A DNA stretch of 64,000 nucleotides from a bacterium (GTDB lineage: Bacteria; SAR324; JACQKK01), in assembly GCA_965240465.1 (NCBI GenBank), contig OZ251219.1, positions 1,344,001 to 1,408,000 of the forward strand, written 5' to 3'. Made by a program: the position numbers and the translations under genes. Below the pieces are notes generated by a model. It saw only the letters and a program-made list of their open reading frames with translations, did not search any database and was not told where the DNA came from. This document shows, in pieces, positions 48,663-59,188 of the stretch (within the stretch, counting starts at the first letter, position 1; each line of letters opens with the position of its first letter).

Positions 48663-50201
48663 ATGACTGAGCAGGTTACTTGTACACAATCTGCTACAGT
48701 TCTGGGCGTAGATGCCCACTTGGTGGTAGTGGAACTCGCCATTTCGCGGGGGTTAAGCCAGTTTATCATCGTGGGATTACCAGACAATGCCATTCGTGAG
48801 AGTCGTGACCGTATCACTGCAGCCTTGATGAGCTGTGGTATTCCCTTGCCCGTGCGTAAGATTGTCTGCAACCTAGCCCCCGCGGAGATCAGAAAGAGCG
48901 GTGCTGGTTTTGATTTACCAATCGCAGCTTGCCTGTTAGCAGGGATGGGTGCTGCTACTGCCAAGCGACTCAGTGATGCCATGCTGATGGGGGAAATATC
49001 GTTAGAGGGTAAGGTACGTCCCCTGCGTGGAGTGCTGGCAGCTGCCCTAGCTGCCAAAAAAGAAGGCTTGAAGGAATTGGTTATTCCCAAGCAGAACGCG
49101 GTTGAAGCCTCTATGGTAGAAGGTTTGACGGTGTATGGAGTAAGTAATTTATCCGATGTAATTTCGTGGCTGAAAGGGAAACTCCAGCCAGAACAATCTG
49201 GTGCAGCAAAAGCACTTGAACTGCTAAAAGCCCATCATAACTCGGACAATTATCTAGAACTGCAGGATGTAAAAGGTCATGAGCGTGTCAAGCGAGTATT
49301 AGAAATTGCGGCTGCGGGAGGTCATCATTTGCTGATGATTGGTCCCCCTGGTTCAGGTAAGACCATGCTCGCCCAACGACTGCCCTCCATAATGCCCCCG
49401 CTGGACTTTGAAGAAGCCCTAGAAGTATCCAGAATATACAGCGTAGCTGGTAACTTGGATGCTAAAGTACCCCTGATAAAGCAACGACCATTTCGCTCGC
49501 CGCACCACAATATTTCTCGTCCTGGCATGGTCGGAGGAGGTTCTATACCCACCCCAGGAGAAATATCACTGGCACATAATGGCGTACTCTTTCTGGATGA
49601 ATTACCCGAATTTCCGCGCGACATCCTTGATATGCTCCGACAACCACTAGAAGACCGCCGTTTAACCATTGCCAGAGCGGCTGTCTCGCTGGAATTTCCC
49701 TGTTCTTTCCTGCTGGTGTGTGCCATGAATCCCTGCCCCTGCGGATATTTAGGCTCAATTAACCAAACATGCCGATGCTCAGCTCAGCAAATCCAACGAT
49801 ACCGCTCTCGCATTTCAGGTCCCCTGCTTGATCGCATTGATTTACGCGTGGAAGTACCCGTCACTCCCTTTGAGAAACTCCGCCACAGCAAGAGTGGCCC
49901 CTCCTCTAAGTCCGTTGCTACTAATGTCCGCAAGGCACGTTCACTACAAGAAAAACGTTTTGCTAATAGTCACACCCGCTGCAATGCCCACATGCTTCCT
50001 TCCGAATTAGAAAAATATGCTCAAACCGATGAAGATAGCTGGCTATTGCTACAACAAGCCACCAATAGATTTAACCTCAGCACCCGTGCTCATACTCGCA
50101 TTATAAAAGTAGCCCGCACCGTTGCTGATCTTGTACAACGGACGCAGATCAACACCTCTGACATCGGCGAAGCCATCCAATTCCATCGCTTTCAGCATTG
50201 A
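48663..50201 (+). CDS. comM: ComM/YifB Mg-chelatase-like AAA+ ATPase
   Basis: IVGLPDNAIRESRDR, NLAPA..RK.G..FDLPIA, GPPGSGKTMLA, PGEISLAHNGVLFLDELPEF, AMNPCPCG. Confidence 0.92.
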   Translation: MTEQVTCTQSATVLGVDAHLVVVELAISRGLSQFIIVGLPDNAIRESRDRITAALMSCGIPLPVRKIVCNLAPAEIRKSGAGFDLPIAACLLAGMGAATAKRLSDAMLMGEISLEGKVRPLRGVLAAALAAKKEGLKELVIPKQNAVEASMVEGLTVYGVSNLSDVISWLKGKLQPEQSGAAKALELLKAHHNSDNYLELQDVKGHERVKRVLEIAAAGGHHLLMIGPPGSGKTMLAQRLPSIMPPLDFEEALEVSRIYSVAGNLDAKVPLIKQRPFRSPHHNISRPGMVGGGSIPTPGEISLAHNGVLFLDELPEFPRDILDMLRQPLEDRRLTIARAAVSLEFPCSFLLVCAMNPCPCGYLGSINQTCRCSAQQIQRYRSRISGPLLDRIDLRVEVPVTPFEKLRHSKSGPSSKSVATNVRKARSLQEKRFANSHTRCNAHMLPSELEKYAQTDEDSWLLLQQATNRFNLSTRAHTRIIKVARTVADLVQRTQINTSDIGEAIQFHRFQH

Positions 50202-50284
50202 TATCCGAGTTTGGCTCACCAATTCAGCCAAATGTCAGTCAGTCTAATGATAGGTCGCCAAAAAATAATTGATAAGTTCCCAGA

Positions 50285-51157
50285 CTAAGCCATTTTTAAT
50301 GGCTTATACTGGTGGTTGATAAACTTTTCTCCCACTCCTTCTCCACCTAGCACAATGGCATGCTCCAAAGCCCCATGCAGATAATTCAATGCTCCCGACA
50401 CTGCTTTTAACAACAAGTTTCCTCGCATCAATTCCACCGAAATGGCAGCCGATAAGGTACATCCCGAGCCATGAGTGTTCACTCCAGTGATCCGAGCATG
50501 AGAAATCCAGTGAGTGTTGTGTCCATCAAATAGGCAATTAGTTAGCTCTTCGGTAGACCCCCGCTTTGCCAGATGTCCCCCCTTCACCAGTACAGGCACT
50601 CCGAAACGCTGCTGGATAACACCCGCAGCAGCTTCCATATCCTGTTTGTTATTCAAGGGATTGTCTTCTCTTTGTGCCAGAATGGCTGCTTCATCTAGGT
50701 TAGGAGTTATTATGGTCGCCATGGGTATGAGGTATTTCTCTATTGCTATTAAGGCATCATCATCCAGCAAGCGTGCTCCGCTGGCAGCCACCATCACGGG
50801 ATCAACCACTAAGGGTGGTAATCCCTTGCCTGCTTGCAGAGGTAGATTCCGTAGAGCCTCAGCTACTGCCATCACCATATCTTGAGATGCCAACATGCCC
50901 GTTTTTACCGCACCCACCATAAAGTATTCGCCAATTGCCTCAATCTGATGAGCAGTCAGCTCTGGTGTCAGTACCTCCACTGCGGTAACTTTTTGAGGAT
51001 TCTGGGCTGTAATCGCGGTTAAGACACTGGTACCAAATGTCCCCAAAGCAGCAAAGGTCTTTAAGTCTGCCTGAATTCCTGCTCCACCACCGCTATCGGA
51101 CCCTGCCACAGTCATTACTGTCTGCAAGGGGACAGTACTCTTCAAGGTTGAGTTCAT
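50285..51157 (-). CDS. thiD: Hydroxymethylpyrimidine/phosphomethylpyrimidine kinase
   Basis: AGSDSGGGAGIQADLKT, VKTGML, VVDPVM, ITPNLDEA, VLVKGGH, THGSGCTLSAA. Confidence 0.93.
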   Translation of the reverse strand: MNSTLKSTVPLQTVMTVAGSDSGGGAGIQADLKTFAALGTFGTSVLTAITAQNPQKVTAVEVLTPELTAHQIEAIGEYFMVGAVKTGMLASQDMVMAVAEALRNLPLQAGKGLPPLVVDPVMVAASGARLLDDDALIAIEKYLIPMATIITPNLDEAAILAQREDNPLNNKQDMEAAAGVIQQRFGVPVLVKGGHLAKRGSTEELTNCLFDGHNTHWISHARITGVNTHGSGCTLSAAISVELMRGNLLLKAVSGALNYLHGALEHAIVLGGEGVGEKFINHQYKPLKMA

Positions 51158-51300
51158 GGTTGTTTTTTGTTATTTGTCGCTATTGTGTTATGCCCTAAGT
51201 GGATGGCTGAAGAAAGAAAATCTATCATTCCAGCTTCTATTTTTAGCACCTAATTGTTAGCATGTATAAGTGCATTTTTTAATGATCTCTCGTTTTTCCT

Positions 51301-52401
51301 ATGGAATTATTCCTTAACAGCCCGATTCTGCAAGCAATTGTTAAGATTGCCGTTTTAGTGGTTGGATTTGCAATGTTGATGGGTACTTTACTTACTCTTA
51401 TGGAGCGTAAGTGGATGAGTGCTGTGCAGGACAGGGTTGGTCCAAATCGTGCTAATTTGGGTTCGGTCACCCTTCATGGTGCGTTGCATATTCTTGCTGA
51501 TGGGTTGAAATCTATTTTCAAGGAGGATACTGTTCCTATGGGGGCTAACAAGTTACTGTTTAGCATTGCTCCATATTTTGCCTTTTTGTCAGTGATTGTT
51601 CTTTGGGCGGTGATTCCTATTGCAGCTCCTCTGGAAGAGTTCACTTTTCAGATAGCTGATTTAGACATCGGCTTACTGCTGGTATTTGCAGCTACTTCGC
51701 TGGGGGTGTATGGGGCTGTTTTGGGAGGTTGGAGTTCCAACAACAAGTTTGCTTTGTTAGGAGCTACTCGTACTTCGGCTCAGATGCTGTCTTATGAGAT
51801 ATTTTTGGGTTTATCTTTGGTGGGTGTGTTTATGGTAAATGGGACACTATCTGTGGGGCAGATTGTGCTTAATCAGGGAGAGCATTGGCTAGGCTGGATA
51901 CCCAAATGGGGTATTTTCACCCAGCCGTTGGCGTTCATCATTTTTTTTGTAGCCATGTTGGCAGAGATAAAGCGTCAGCCATTTGATGCTCCAGAGGGAG
52001 AATCGGAGATTGTAGCGGGATATTTTTTGGAATACTCAGGCATGCGTTGGTCGGCATTTGTGTTGGCGGAGTATGTAGGTATTGTCGGGGTGAGTGCCCT
52101 AACGATCACCTTGTTTTTTGGAGGGTATCAAATTCTTTGGCTTGATGAGTTTGGTTTTTCCCCTGGCGGTGTATTATTGTTTCCTCTGCCTACTTGGTTG
52201 ATTGTGTTGCTTCAAATTGGCTCATTCATTACCAAAACCTTCTTTTTCTGCTGGCTGATAATCATCCTCCGCTGGACTATCCCTCGCTTTCGCTTTGACC
52301 AAATCATGGAACTAGGCTGGAAGCGTATGCTGCCCTTAGCATTGTTTAATATTTTTATAACTGCCCTGTCGCTGCTAATTTATGATTCCATACTCAGTTG
52401 A
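51301..52401 (+). CDS. nuoH: NADH-quinone oxidoreductase subunit H
   Basis: ERK....QDRVGPNR, ADGLK...KED, GWSSNNKF.LLG..R..AQ.LSYE, AE..R.PFD.PE.ESE.V.GY..EYSG, PRFRFDQ.M.LGWK. Confidence 0.93.
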   Translation: MELFLNSPILQAIVKIAVLVVGFAMLMGTLLTLMERKWMSAVQDRVGPNRANLGSVTLHGALHILADGLKSIFKEDTVPMGANKLLFSIAPYFAFLSVIVLWAVIPIAAPLEEFTFQIADLDIGLLLVFAATSLGVYGAVLGGWSSNNKFALLGATRTSAQMLSYEIFLGLSLVGVFMVNGTLSVGQIVLNQGEHWLGWIPKWGIFTQPLAFIIFFVAMLAEIKRQPFDAPEGESEIVAGYFLEYSGMRWSAFVLAEYVGIVGVSALTITLFFGGYQILWLDEFGFSPGGVLLFPLPTWLIVLLQIGSFITKTFFFCWLIIILRWTIPRFRFDQIMELGWKRMLPLALFNIFITALSLLIYDSILS

Positions 52402-52455
52402 TTTTGATAGTTTATTTAAGTAGTCCCGTAGTAGTTCCGAATATGCACTTTGGTG

Positions 52456-53592
52456 CTAAAGCATGAGTTGTGTGGTTAGTAGATCGGCTAGTAGAAGTCC
52501 TTTGGGAGTGAGGGCTAGGGTATGTTGATGTTGGGTAGCTAATCGTAATGTTATCCATTGCTGGCATGTTTTCTGTTGCTGGGCGTTCCAAGTGAGTTGG
52601 AATTGCTGTTGCCAGTGGTTGATATCCAGCCCCCTGGGCTGTCTTAATGCCAGCATTAGAGCTTCATTGGCGCGTTGTTGCGGAGTGAGGTCTTCCTGTA
52701 GGGTAAGGGGGAGTTGTTGTTTAGAAATAGCTGTTTGCCAATCCTGCAGGTTGCGATGATTTGCCCAGCGTTGTTGCTTCAGGTGGCTATGAGCACTGGG
52801 ACCTAGCCCCAGATAGTATCCACCTTGCCAGACTAGCAGGTTTTGCCGACTTTGTTTTCCTGCTTGGGCGAAGTTGGAGACCTCATACTGCTGCCAGCCG
52901 TGCTGCTGAAGCATTTTAGCAGCCCAGAGCATGGTTTTGGCGTGGTTATCCTGTTGGTATCCATGCCACTTTTGAATGCGAGAACTGCGTCCAAAGGGGG
53001 TGTTTGGCTCTAATTCAAGGGCATAGACCGATACATGTGGGGGCTGAAAAGCAATCCCCTGTAAGAGACTACTATGAAAAGCCTCTATGCCCTCTGGATG
53101 GGGAGCTCCCAAGATGAAATCCAAGTTGTAATTGGCAAACTGGTGGGCTACTGCCATAACTGCTTGTTCTGCTTGCTCTGCGGTGTGTTTTCGCCCTAGC
53201 ACTCGCAAGCTATGGTCGTTAAAACTCTGTACCCCCAAGCTAATGCGATTGACTCCCATATCCGCTAAATTAGCCAAGTAGGCTGATTTAGCATGTTCTG
53301 GGTTCACCTCCCAAGTGAGTTCTACATTTTTGGCTACTTTGAAATTATCTCGCACTGCCAGCAGCAGTAATTCTGCCTCTGGAGCAGTCAAGCAAGAGGG
53401 CGTACCACCACCTACATAGATGCTCTCTACCAACCCCAGCGACTCCCCCCACTCTGCCTGTGCTAGTTGAGCCTCGGATGTCAAAAATCTTAGATAACAT
53501 TTCCGAGCATCAGCTTCGTCTACACAAACCGCGAATCCACAAAATGGACACACCGAAGGGCAAAACGGCACGTGTATATACAAGCCGCTCAT
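52456..53592 (-). CDS. hemW: Radical SAM heme chaperone HemW (HemN-like)
   Basis: LYIHVPFCPSVCPFCGF (CxxxCxxC), YVGGGTPS, NRISLGVQSF, HVSVY.L, YEVSNFA, YLGLGPSAHS. Confidence 0.85.
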   Translation of the reverse strand: MSGLYIHVPFCPSVCPFCGFAVCVDEADARKCYLRFLTSEAQLAQAEWGESLGLVESIYVGGGTPSCLTAPEAELLLLAVRDNFKVAKNVELTWEVNPEHAKSAYLANLADMGVNRISLGVQSFNDHSLRVLGRKHTAEQAEQAVMAVAHQFANYNLDFILGAPHPEGIEAFHSSLLQGIAFQPPHVSVYALELEPNTPFGRSSRIQKWHGYQQDNHAKTMLWAAKMLQQHGWQQYEVSNFAQAGKQSRQNLLVWQGGYYLGLGPSAHSHLKQQRWANHRNLQDWQTAISKQQLPLTLQEDLTPQQRANEALMLALRQPRGLDINHWQQQFQLTWNAQQQKTCQQWITLRLATQHQHTLALTPKGLLLADLLTTQLML

Positions 53593-53608
53593 TTTTTGTC
53601 CTATCCTA

Positions 53609-53938
53609 TCAGGCTAAACGCAAGCCGAATGGCAGCTGGTAGTACCATAGATAAATAATTGCTACTAACGAGACCAATTCCAACAAGCGATCAAAAGAGT
53701 TTCTCTTCCTCAAACTTATTACTCTTAGCAGACCTACCACTACCACTACCCAAGCAGCATACTGCGGACCTAAACCAGGCTTGCCAAATGCAATACTCAA
53801 TAATGCTGCCGCCGCCATCAAAGCCCAGCTGGTAAAAGTATGTGCAAATAATTCCTCAGCACGACCCCCAGGATAAATCACCCGATATAGCCAAAATCCG
53901 CATAAAATCAAGGAATAAACAACCAAGGGCAACTTCAT
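53609..53938 (-). CDS. Hypothetical 4-TM membrane protein
   Basis: 109-aa hydrophobic ORF with AGGAG RBS between lepA and hemW. Confidence 0.6.
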   Translation of the reverse strand: MKLPLVVYSLILCGFWLYRVIYPGGRAEELFAHTFTSWALMAAAALLSIAFGKPGLGPQYAAWVVVVVGLLRVISLRKRNSFDRLLELVSLVAIIYLWYYQLPFGLRLA

Positions 53939-53999
53939 ATCACTCTCCTTTGTAAGATAACGACCTATTCACAGCAATTTACCCTCCCACCATAACACA

Positions 54000-55898
54000 T
54001 TATTTGGTTTTTAATATTGCCATAAATGCCTCTTGAGGAACTTCAATAGTACCGATTTGCTTCATACGCTTTTTGCCTTCTTTTTGTTTTTCCAGCAGTT
54101 TGCGTTTGCGGGAAACATCACCTCCATAACACTTGGCAGTAACATTCTTTCTTATAGCACTGATGGTTTCACGAGCTACAATGCGAGCTCCAATAGAGGC
54201 CTGTATGGCCACCTCAAACATTTGTCTAGGAATTTGCTCCTTTAAGCGTAGAGCTAGCTCCCTGCCGCGGGATGCTGCCTGTCCCTTGGGGACAATTAGC
54301 GAAAGAGCATCCACTGGAGAGCCATTGAGGAGCATATCCAACCTCACCAAATTACCACGACGAAAGCCCAGTGGCTCATAGTCAAATGAACCATATCCGC
54401 GGGTGATGGATTTAAGGCGGTCATGGAAATCAACGATAATCTCACTTAGGGGTAATTCGTAGGTAAGCATAGCTCTTTGTCCCTCCATATACTCTATAGA
54501 TTGCTGTTCTCCGCGTTTTTTCAATAACAATTGCATTGTTGCACCTACATAATCTTTAGGGACAAATACTTGCCCTTTCACATATGGCTCAGCGATAAAA
54601 TCAATGCGGACAGGGTCGGGCAGGCAGTTGGGATTTTCTATATACATCAATTTCCCCGATTTCAAGTGAGCTTCGTAGACCACGGTGGGTGCAGTGACTA
54701 TAAGATTGATGTCCATTTCCATTTCTAGTCTCTGCTGGACTACCTCCATGTGTAGCATTCCTAAGAATTTACAACGGAATCCATGTCCTAAAGCCGCGGA
54801 GCTTTCTGGCTCATACTGTAGGGCAGAGTCGTTTAGTGCTAGCTTAGCAAGGGCTTCTCTCAGATGCTCAAACAGCTCGCCCTCTGCAGGATAAAGCCCG
54901 CTAAATACCATGGGCTTCAATTGGGTGTATCCTTGCAGAGGTTCAGTAGCAGGACGGTCTGCCAGAGTGATGGTGTCGCCTACTCTGGCTTGCTGAATAT
55001 CCTTGATGGAAGCCGATAAATTGCCCACGTCTCCAGCAGTTAGCATGTTCAATTCGTGGCGTTCAGGAGTCATAATGCCAAGCGAAGTCACTTCAAACGA
55101 CTTACCAGATCTCATAAACAAGATCTTATCGCCTACATTGACTTGCCCCTCCCGCACCCGAATGTTAACCATCACGCCTAAGTAGTTATCAAACCAAGCG
55201 TCGTAGACTAGTGCCTTGAGGGGAGCACTAGCAGAACCTGTTGGAGGGGGTATTTGCATGATTACTTCCTCCATTACGGCAGTGACTCCCTCTCCAGCCT
55301 TAGAATTAACCGTAAGCATTGGAATATCTCCCCCTAATAGTCCTTGCAGTTGTCTTTGGACTGCTTTGGGGTCGGCGTGAGGCATGTCAACCTTGCTAAG
55401 TACGGGGATGATGGTTAAATCTTGCTCCAGTGCCAGATATAGATTAGCTAAGGTTTGTGCCTCTATTCCTTGCGATGAGTCAACCAGCAATAAAGCTCCT
55501 TCGCAAGCAGCCAGCGAGCGTGATACCTCATAGCTGAAATCAACGTGGCCGGGGGTATCAATAAAATTTAGTCTGTAGTCCAGACCATCTTCAGCCTGCC
55601 AGTTAAGGCTAACAGTCTGTGCCTTGATGGTAATTCCGCGTTCTTGCTCTAATTCCAGAGAGTCCAGCAAGCAACTTTTCATTTTTCGTTGAGAAACAGC
55701 ACCGCTGATTTCCATCATACGGTCAGCAAAAGTGGATTTGCCGTGGTCTGCGTGGGCAATGATGGAAAAATTACGCACCCGTTTTCCTACCAGATGCACA
55801 TCAGCAGGTGCCGAATCAGCAGTCCGACCATCGGTAGCTTTAGATTTGGCAGATTGGGGTGATGGTGGGGAAGCCTGTTTTTGTTGGGTGGAACTCAT
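54000..55898 (-). CDS. lepA: Translation elongation factor 4 (LepA)
   Basis: RNFSIIAH.DHGKST, ERGITIKAQ, DTPGHVDFSYEVSRSLAACEG, KCYGGD.SRKRKLLEKQKEGKKRMK. Confidence 0.95.
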   Translation of the reverse strand: MSSTQQKQASPPSPQSAKSKATDGRTADSAPADVHLVGKRVRNFSIIAHADHGKSTFADRMMEISGAVSQRKMKSCLLDSLELEQERGITIKAQTVSLNWQAEDGLDYRLNFIDTPGHVDFSYEVSRSLAACEGALLLVDSSQGIEAQTLANLYLALEQDLTIIPVLSKVDMPHADPKAVQRQLQGLLGGDIPMLTVNSKAGEGVTAVMEEVIMQIPPPTGSASAPLKALVYDAWFDNYLGVMVNIRVREGQVNVGDKILFMRSGKSFEVTSLGIMTPERHELNMLTAGDVGNLSASIKDIQQARVGDTITLADRPATEPLQGYTQLKPMVFSGLYPAEGELFEHLREALAKLALNDSALQYEPESSAALGHGFRCKFLGMLHMEVVQQRLEMEMDINLIVTAPTVVYEAHLKSGKLMYIENPNCLPDPVRIDFIAEPYVKGQVFVPKDYVGATMQLLLKKRGEQQSIEYMEGQRAMLTYELPLSEIIVDFHDRLKSITRGYGSFDYEPLGFRRGNLVRLDMLLNGSPVDALSLIVPKGQAASRGRELALRLKEQIPRQMFEVAIQASIGARIVARETISAIRKNVTAKCYGGDVSRKRKLLEKQKEGKKRMKQIGTIEVPQEAFMAILKTK

Positions 55899-55991
55899 AG
55901 AGTCAATGATATCCTAATTTTAGCTGATAAGCAGGAACAATCCTTTTTATAAAGAGCGGTATATTTGTTTCTCTGCCTACTCATTGAGCGA

Positions 55992-58133
55992 TTAAACAGT
56001 CACCCAAGCCAGTAACCGTAGCTTATCCACTTCAAGCAAGCGGACGTTTACAGGATCGCCCTCAGGTAGCAATTCTCCTCGTAGTTGTACTGCCAACTCC
56101 ACCTGAGGCAGCCAAACCCGTGGGATACCGCTGGACGCTGATTTATAAGGCTTAGCAGTCAGTGGTTGGTGAGTGTTTTGTTCTAGCCACACTAGCTTCC
56201 AATATTTTTCTAAATTATTACGCACCTGATTCAATTCTCCTATCCTTCTCTCGGCTTGTTGGGACATCTCCTGTAACTGCTCTTTTTTCCATGGCAGAGG
56301 TTGACCTCCAAGATGTGCCAGCAATTGTTGCTGAATATACAAGTCTAGGCCTCGCCTTAAAGGTGCCGTCAGTTGCAAATAGCGTTGGCAGGCTAATCCT
56401 GCATGCGGGGCTGCCTCAAGCGAATATCGTGCCCCTGATAATCTCATCGGCTGGGTGGTTTTAGACTGTGGAGAGCACTGAGAACTAGGCTTGTCATCAG
56501 GCAGAACTTGAGATTGCATGTTCTTTTGATACTTGTGTGAGTACTTTTGTTGAGGTTTAGGTCTTGCCTTCTGCACCCGATAGCAAACGGGCAATTCTTG
56601 CTGGTGGCAATAATCAGCAGCCAGAGCATTACAAGAGATGGCTAATTCCTCCACCATGCGATAAATAGGGGCATCGCGCCGAATATGATATAACCGCACC
56701 GCTTGGGGTTGAGAGGCATCAACATGAAGCTCGTAGCGTTCTTGGGAATGTGCCCCAGCTGCGAGACGTTTATCCGCCAGTTTCTGACAGATATTAGCCA
56801 GCAATCCCCAGCTACCCTGACGCTTCAGCAGCTCTGCTCCTTGCTGATAATCGTAGTTTTGCGTTACTTTCACCCAACTGGGAAAAACATCCAGCAGGCG
56901 TATTTGCTCAGGACTAAGTTCCAAGCGAAAGCTGATTGCCTCCCGCAAGCAACCTGCCTTAAGGCTACTGCGTTCCTCACTGAGCGACAAGGGTAGCATT
57001 GGTACACAACCCGCAGGATGATACAAACTAGAGGCACGCCTAAATACTTCCTCCATTAAAGGATGATGGGCAGTTATCAAAGCTGCAGGTGCTGCAATGG
57101 AAAGCACTACCACCACTCCTGCTGGAGATGCCTTTTCTATCGCAATGGCATCATCATAATCTTTGGTGCTGGACGAATCAAAGGTGTAGCTATCTACCGT
57201 CAAGTGCCTACCTGCCCGAATATAACTACTGGCAGCTGAACGATTATCATTAGGGGGATTGACAAGAATACTCGCTAATTGAGTAGCAGATTCCAGCAAC
57301 GAGGCTGAAAAAATTCCCAGATTGGCACGTTCCATCCAGATATCAGGCCAGCCCGACCAGCAATCTGCTGCCCGCAACCAGCCTGCCAACAATTGCTGAC
57401 GCTCCAAGCCTTCCATACCCTTAAGCCCCAAGCTAACCGCCATTATCTGCCAATACTCCGAGGCTTTATCAGCTACCAGCAAAGAGCGTAGTACAACAAC
57501 CAAGCTCGGGCGTTGAAAACCCTCCGTTGATGATGGCGACACAACCGCTTCCTCAGGCAAAGGCTCTCCCCCATTTAAGCCAGCCAACCAGACTTTTACC
57601 TGCTGCATCCATATTTTTTGCTCCGCATGAATGGCTTTCTTAAGGCGTAGCTGTTGGCTATCAGATTTGCTAAGTACCAGCCAGCCATCGCGTTGTCTTT
57701 TGAAAAATACCCCCGCGGATAAAACCCAAAACCAGCATGCCCGCTGCCAACCAACCACATCTAAGCCCTGCAACAAGGTCTCTGTTGTCAGTACTTCTCC
57801 CTCAGTGAATCCGTCTCCCCCATCACCTCCCCACCGCAATTGCTCTAACGCTTGCTCTTCCTCAGCACTCAATTTGCCCTCCAGCAACTCCCGATGCCCA
57901 ATCTCCCGTTGCCTCAATTCCTCCAAGGCTGCTGAGGTATCATCGCGGTCATCCCCCCATTGAAACAGAACCCTAGCCTTCGCCAGACGCTCTTGTTTTC
58001 CATTTCCCAGCTGTATAATCCCCTCCTCTTCCCCTATCAACCCCAAGCAGATGCGTCTCTCACCATAGTAACAGCAGTACTGGGGGGGATGTTTCATGCC
58101 ATATCTCCACCCCTCCGATATAGCACAAAACAA
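55992..58133 (-). CDS. RNB-domain (RNase II/R family) exoribonuclease, divergent
   Basis: TFD...TKDYDDAI catalytic motif, R.SSLY.P....PMLP, MVEEL, H.GL....Y.QLT.PLRR..DL; the start is uncertain. Confidence 0.75.
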   Translation of the reverse strand: MFCAISEGWRYGMKHPPQYCCYYGERRICLGLIGEEEGIIQLGNGKQERLAKARVLFQWGDDRDDTSAALEELRQREIGHRELLEGKLSAEEEQALEQLRWGGDGGDGFTEGEVLTTETLLQGLDVVGWQRACWFWVLSAGVFFKRQRDGWLVLSKSDSQQLRLKKAIHAEQKIWMQQVKVWLAGLNGGEPLPEEAVVSPSSTEGFQRPSLVVVLRSLLVADKASEYWQIMAVSLGLKGMEGLERQQLLAGWLRAADCWSGWPDIWMERANLGIFSASLLESATQLASILVNPPNDNRSAASSYIRAGRHLTVDSYTFDSSSTKDYDDAIAIEKASPAGVVVVLSIAAPAALITAHHPLMEEVFRRASSLYHPAGCVPMLPLSLSEERSSLKAGCLREAISFRLELSPEQIRLLDVFPSWVKVTQNYDYQQGAELLKRQGSWGLLANICQKLADKRLAAGAHSQERYELHVDASQPQAVRLYHIRRDAPIYRMVEELAISCNALAADYCHQQELPVCYRVQKARPKPQQKYSHKYQKNMQSQVLPDDKPSSQCSPQSKTTQPMRLSGARYSLEAAPHAGLACQRYLQLTAPLRRGLDLYIQQQLLAHLGGQPLPWKKEQLQEMSQQAERRIGELNQVRNNLEKYWKLVWLEQNTHQPLTAKPYKSASSGIPRVWLPQVELAVQLRGELLPEGDPVNVRLLEVDKLRLLAWVTV

Positions 58134-58156
58134 CTAAAAGAAAGCCCTGTTTTAAT

Positions 58157-59188
58157 CTAACCTAAATCATTTAGAGAATAGGGATGGTAACGCATCACAA
58201 ACAAGACTAAGTCATTGCCTTCCAGTAATCCGATCTGCTTTTTTGGATATTCATCCCTAAGTTTTTTTAGATCTTTCCTAAAACCAGCAGTCACCTCGCC
58301 AGTCATCATAATCAAGCCTGAGTCAAATGGCTCATCATCTTTTTCCCCTTTTTCAAAGGCTGTCCTAATGTCTTTAATGGACTGTGTATTATCAACATCG
58401 CCATGATAAGACTTTATCTGGACTGCACAAAGTTTTTCCTTCATACCACTAAAAGGGAGATCTCTATATCCTATGATTGCATCCAATCCATGGCTATCTA
58501 TTTTTTCATTAATTGTTGCTGATGGCAAGGCCTTCTCTAAACACTTAATCAAAGGTTCTTCTAGATTTTTGCTGTGATGATGTTTATGTAATTCTTTGCC
58601 TATATCATCAATATTTTTACTAGCACCAACAACAAAATCATGGAATCTACTCTTGTCATCGGCTTCTTCTTTGCTAATAGTACCTGATTCTAGCTTTCGT
58701 AAAACCTCTTCAAATTGATCTCTAGAAGATACTTTTTGCCATCTTCTTATTGGGGTAAAATTTCCTTGCAACGAATTAGGTACATCTTTATTCTTACGAT
58801 AGAATGAATATAGTTTCTGGACACCTATGCAATGCCGATAATCCCCATGATTATAGTCATATTTCCCTTCTAGCAGACTCTCGTCTTGATAACTTTCATC
58901 TTCGTCCTTGAAAGAATAGCCTTCCGTTACCCTGGCAATGGTAACCTGTCCATATTTAGGTAGGTGTGTGAACACCAAATAATCGCCTTTGTTAATATTA
59001 AGCAAAAAGCCATTCCCTTGTTCATCATTCTTTTTATCTCGTAAATTACTGTCATCACCCCTGCTCCATCCAAACCGTGCTGTTCCTTCTTCCAGGTTTT
59101 TCGCCAACCAAGCCTCAAGACCATTGGCGTGATCCCAGCCTATTGTATTTACAGCTAAAATTTTGTTACCAGCTGATAGTTCCATCAT
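58157..59188 (-). CDS. Mrr-like restriction endonuclease domain protein
   Basis: C-terminal E...GLDAII...AVQIKSY (PD-QxK-type), G....G.F...I.LL.G..LV; N-terminal GD......P.......A.VT..Y.F module; AT-rich relative to its neighbours. Confidence 0.6.
   Translation of the reverse strand: MMELSAGNKILAVNTIGWDHANGLEAWLAKNLEEGTARFGWSRGDDSNLRDKKNDEQGNGFLLNINKGDYLVFTHLPKYGQVTIARVTEGYSFKDEDESYQDESLLEGKYDYNHGDYRHCIGVQKLYSFYRKNKDVPNSLQGNFTPIRRWQKVSSRDQFEEVLRKLESGTISKEEADDKSRFHDFVVGASKNIDDIGKELHKHHHSKNLEEPLIKCLEKALPSATINEKIDSHGLDAIIGYRDLPFSGMKEKLCAVQIKSYHGDVDNTQSIKDIRTAFEKGEKDDEPFDSGLIMMTGEVTAGFRKDLKKLRDEYPKKQIGLLEGNDLVLFVMRYHPYSLNDLG

Noticed and set aside
48479-49726. Antisense ORFs of 203 and 133 aa opposite comM
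   Set aside because: Shadow frames of a well-conserved gene.
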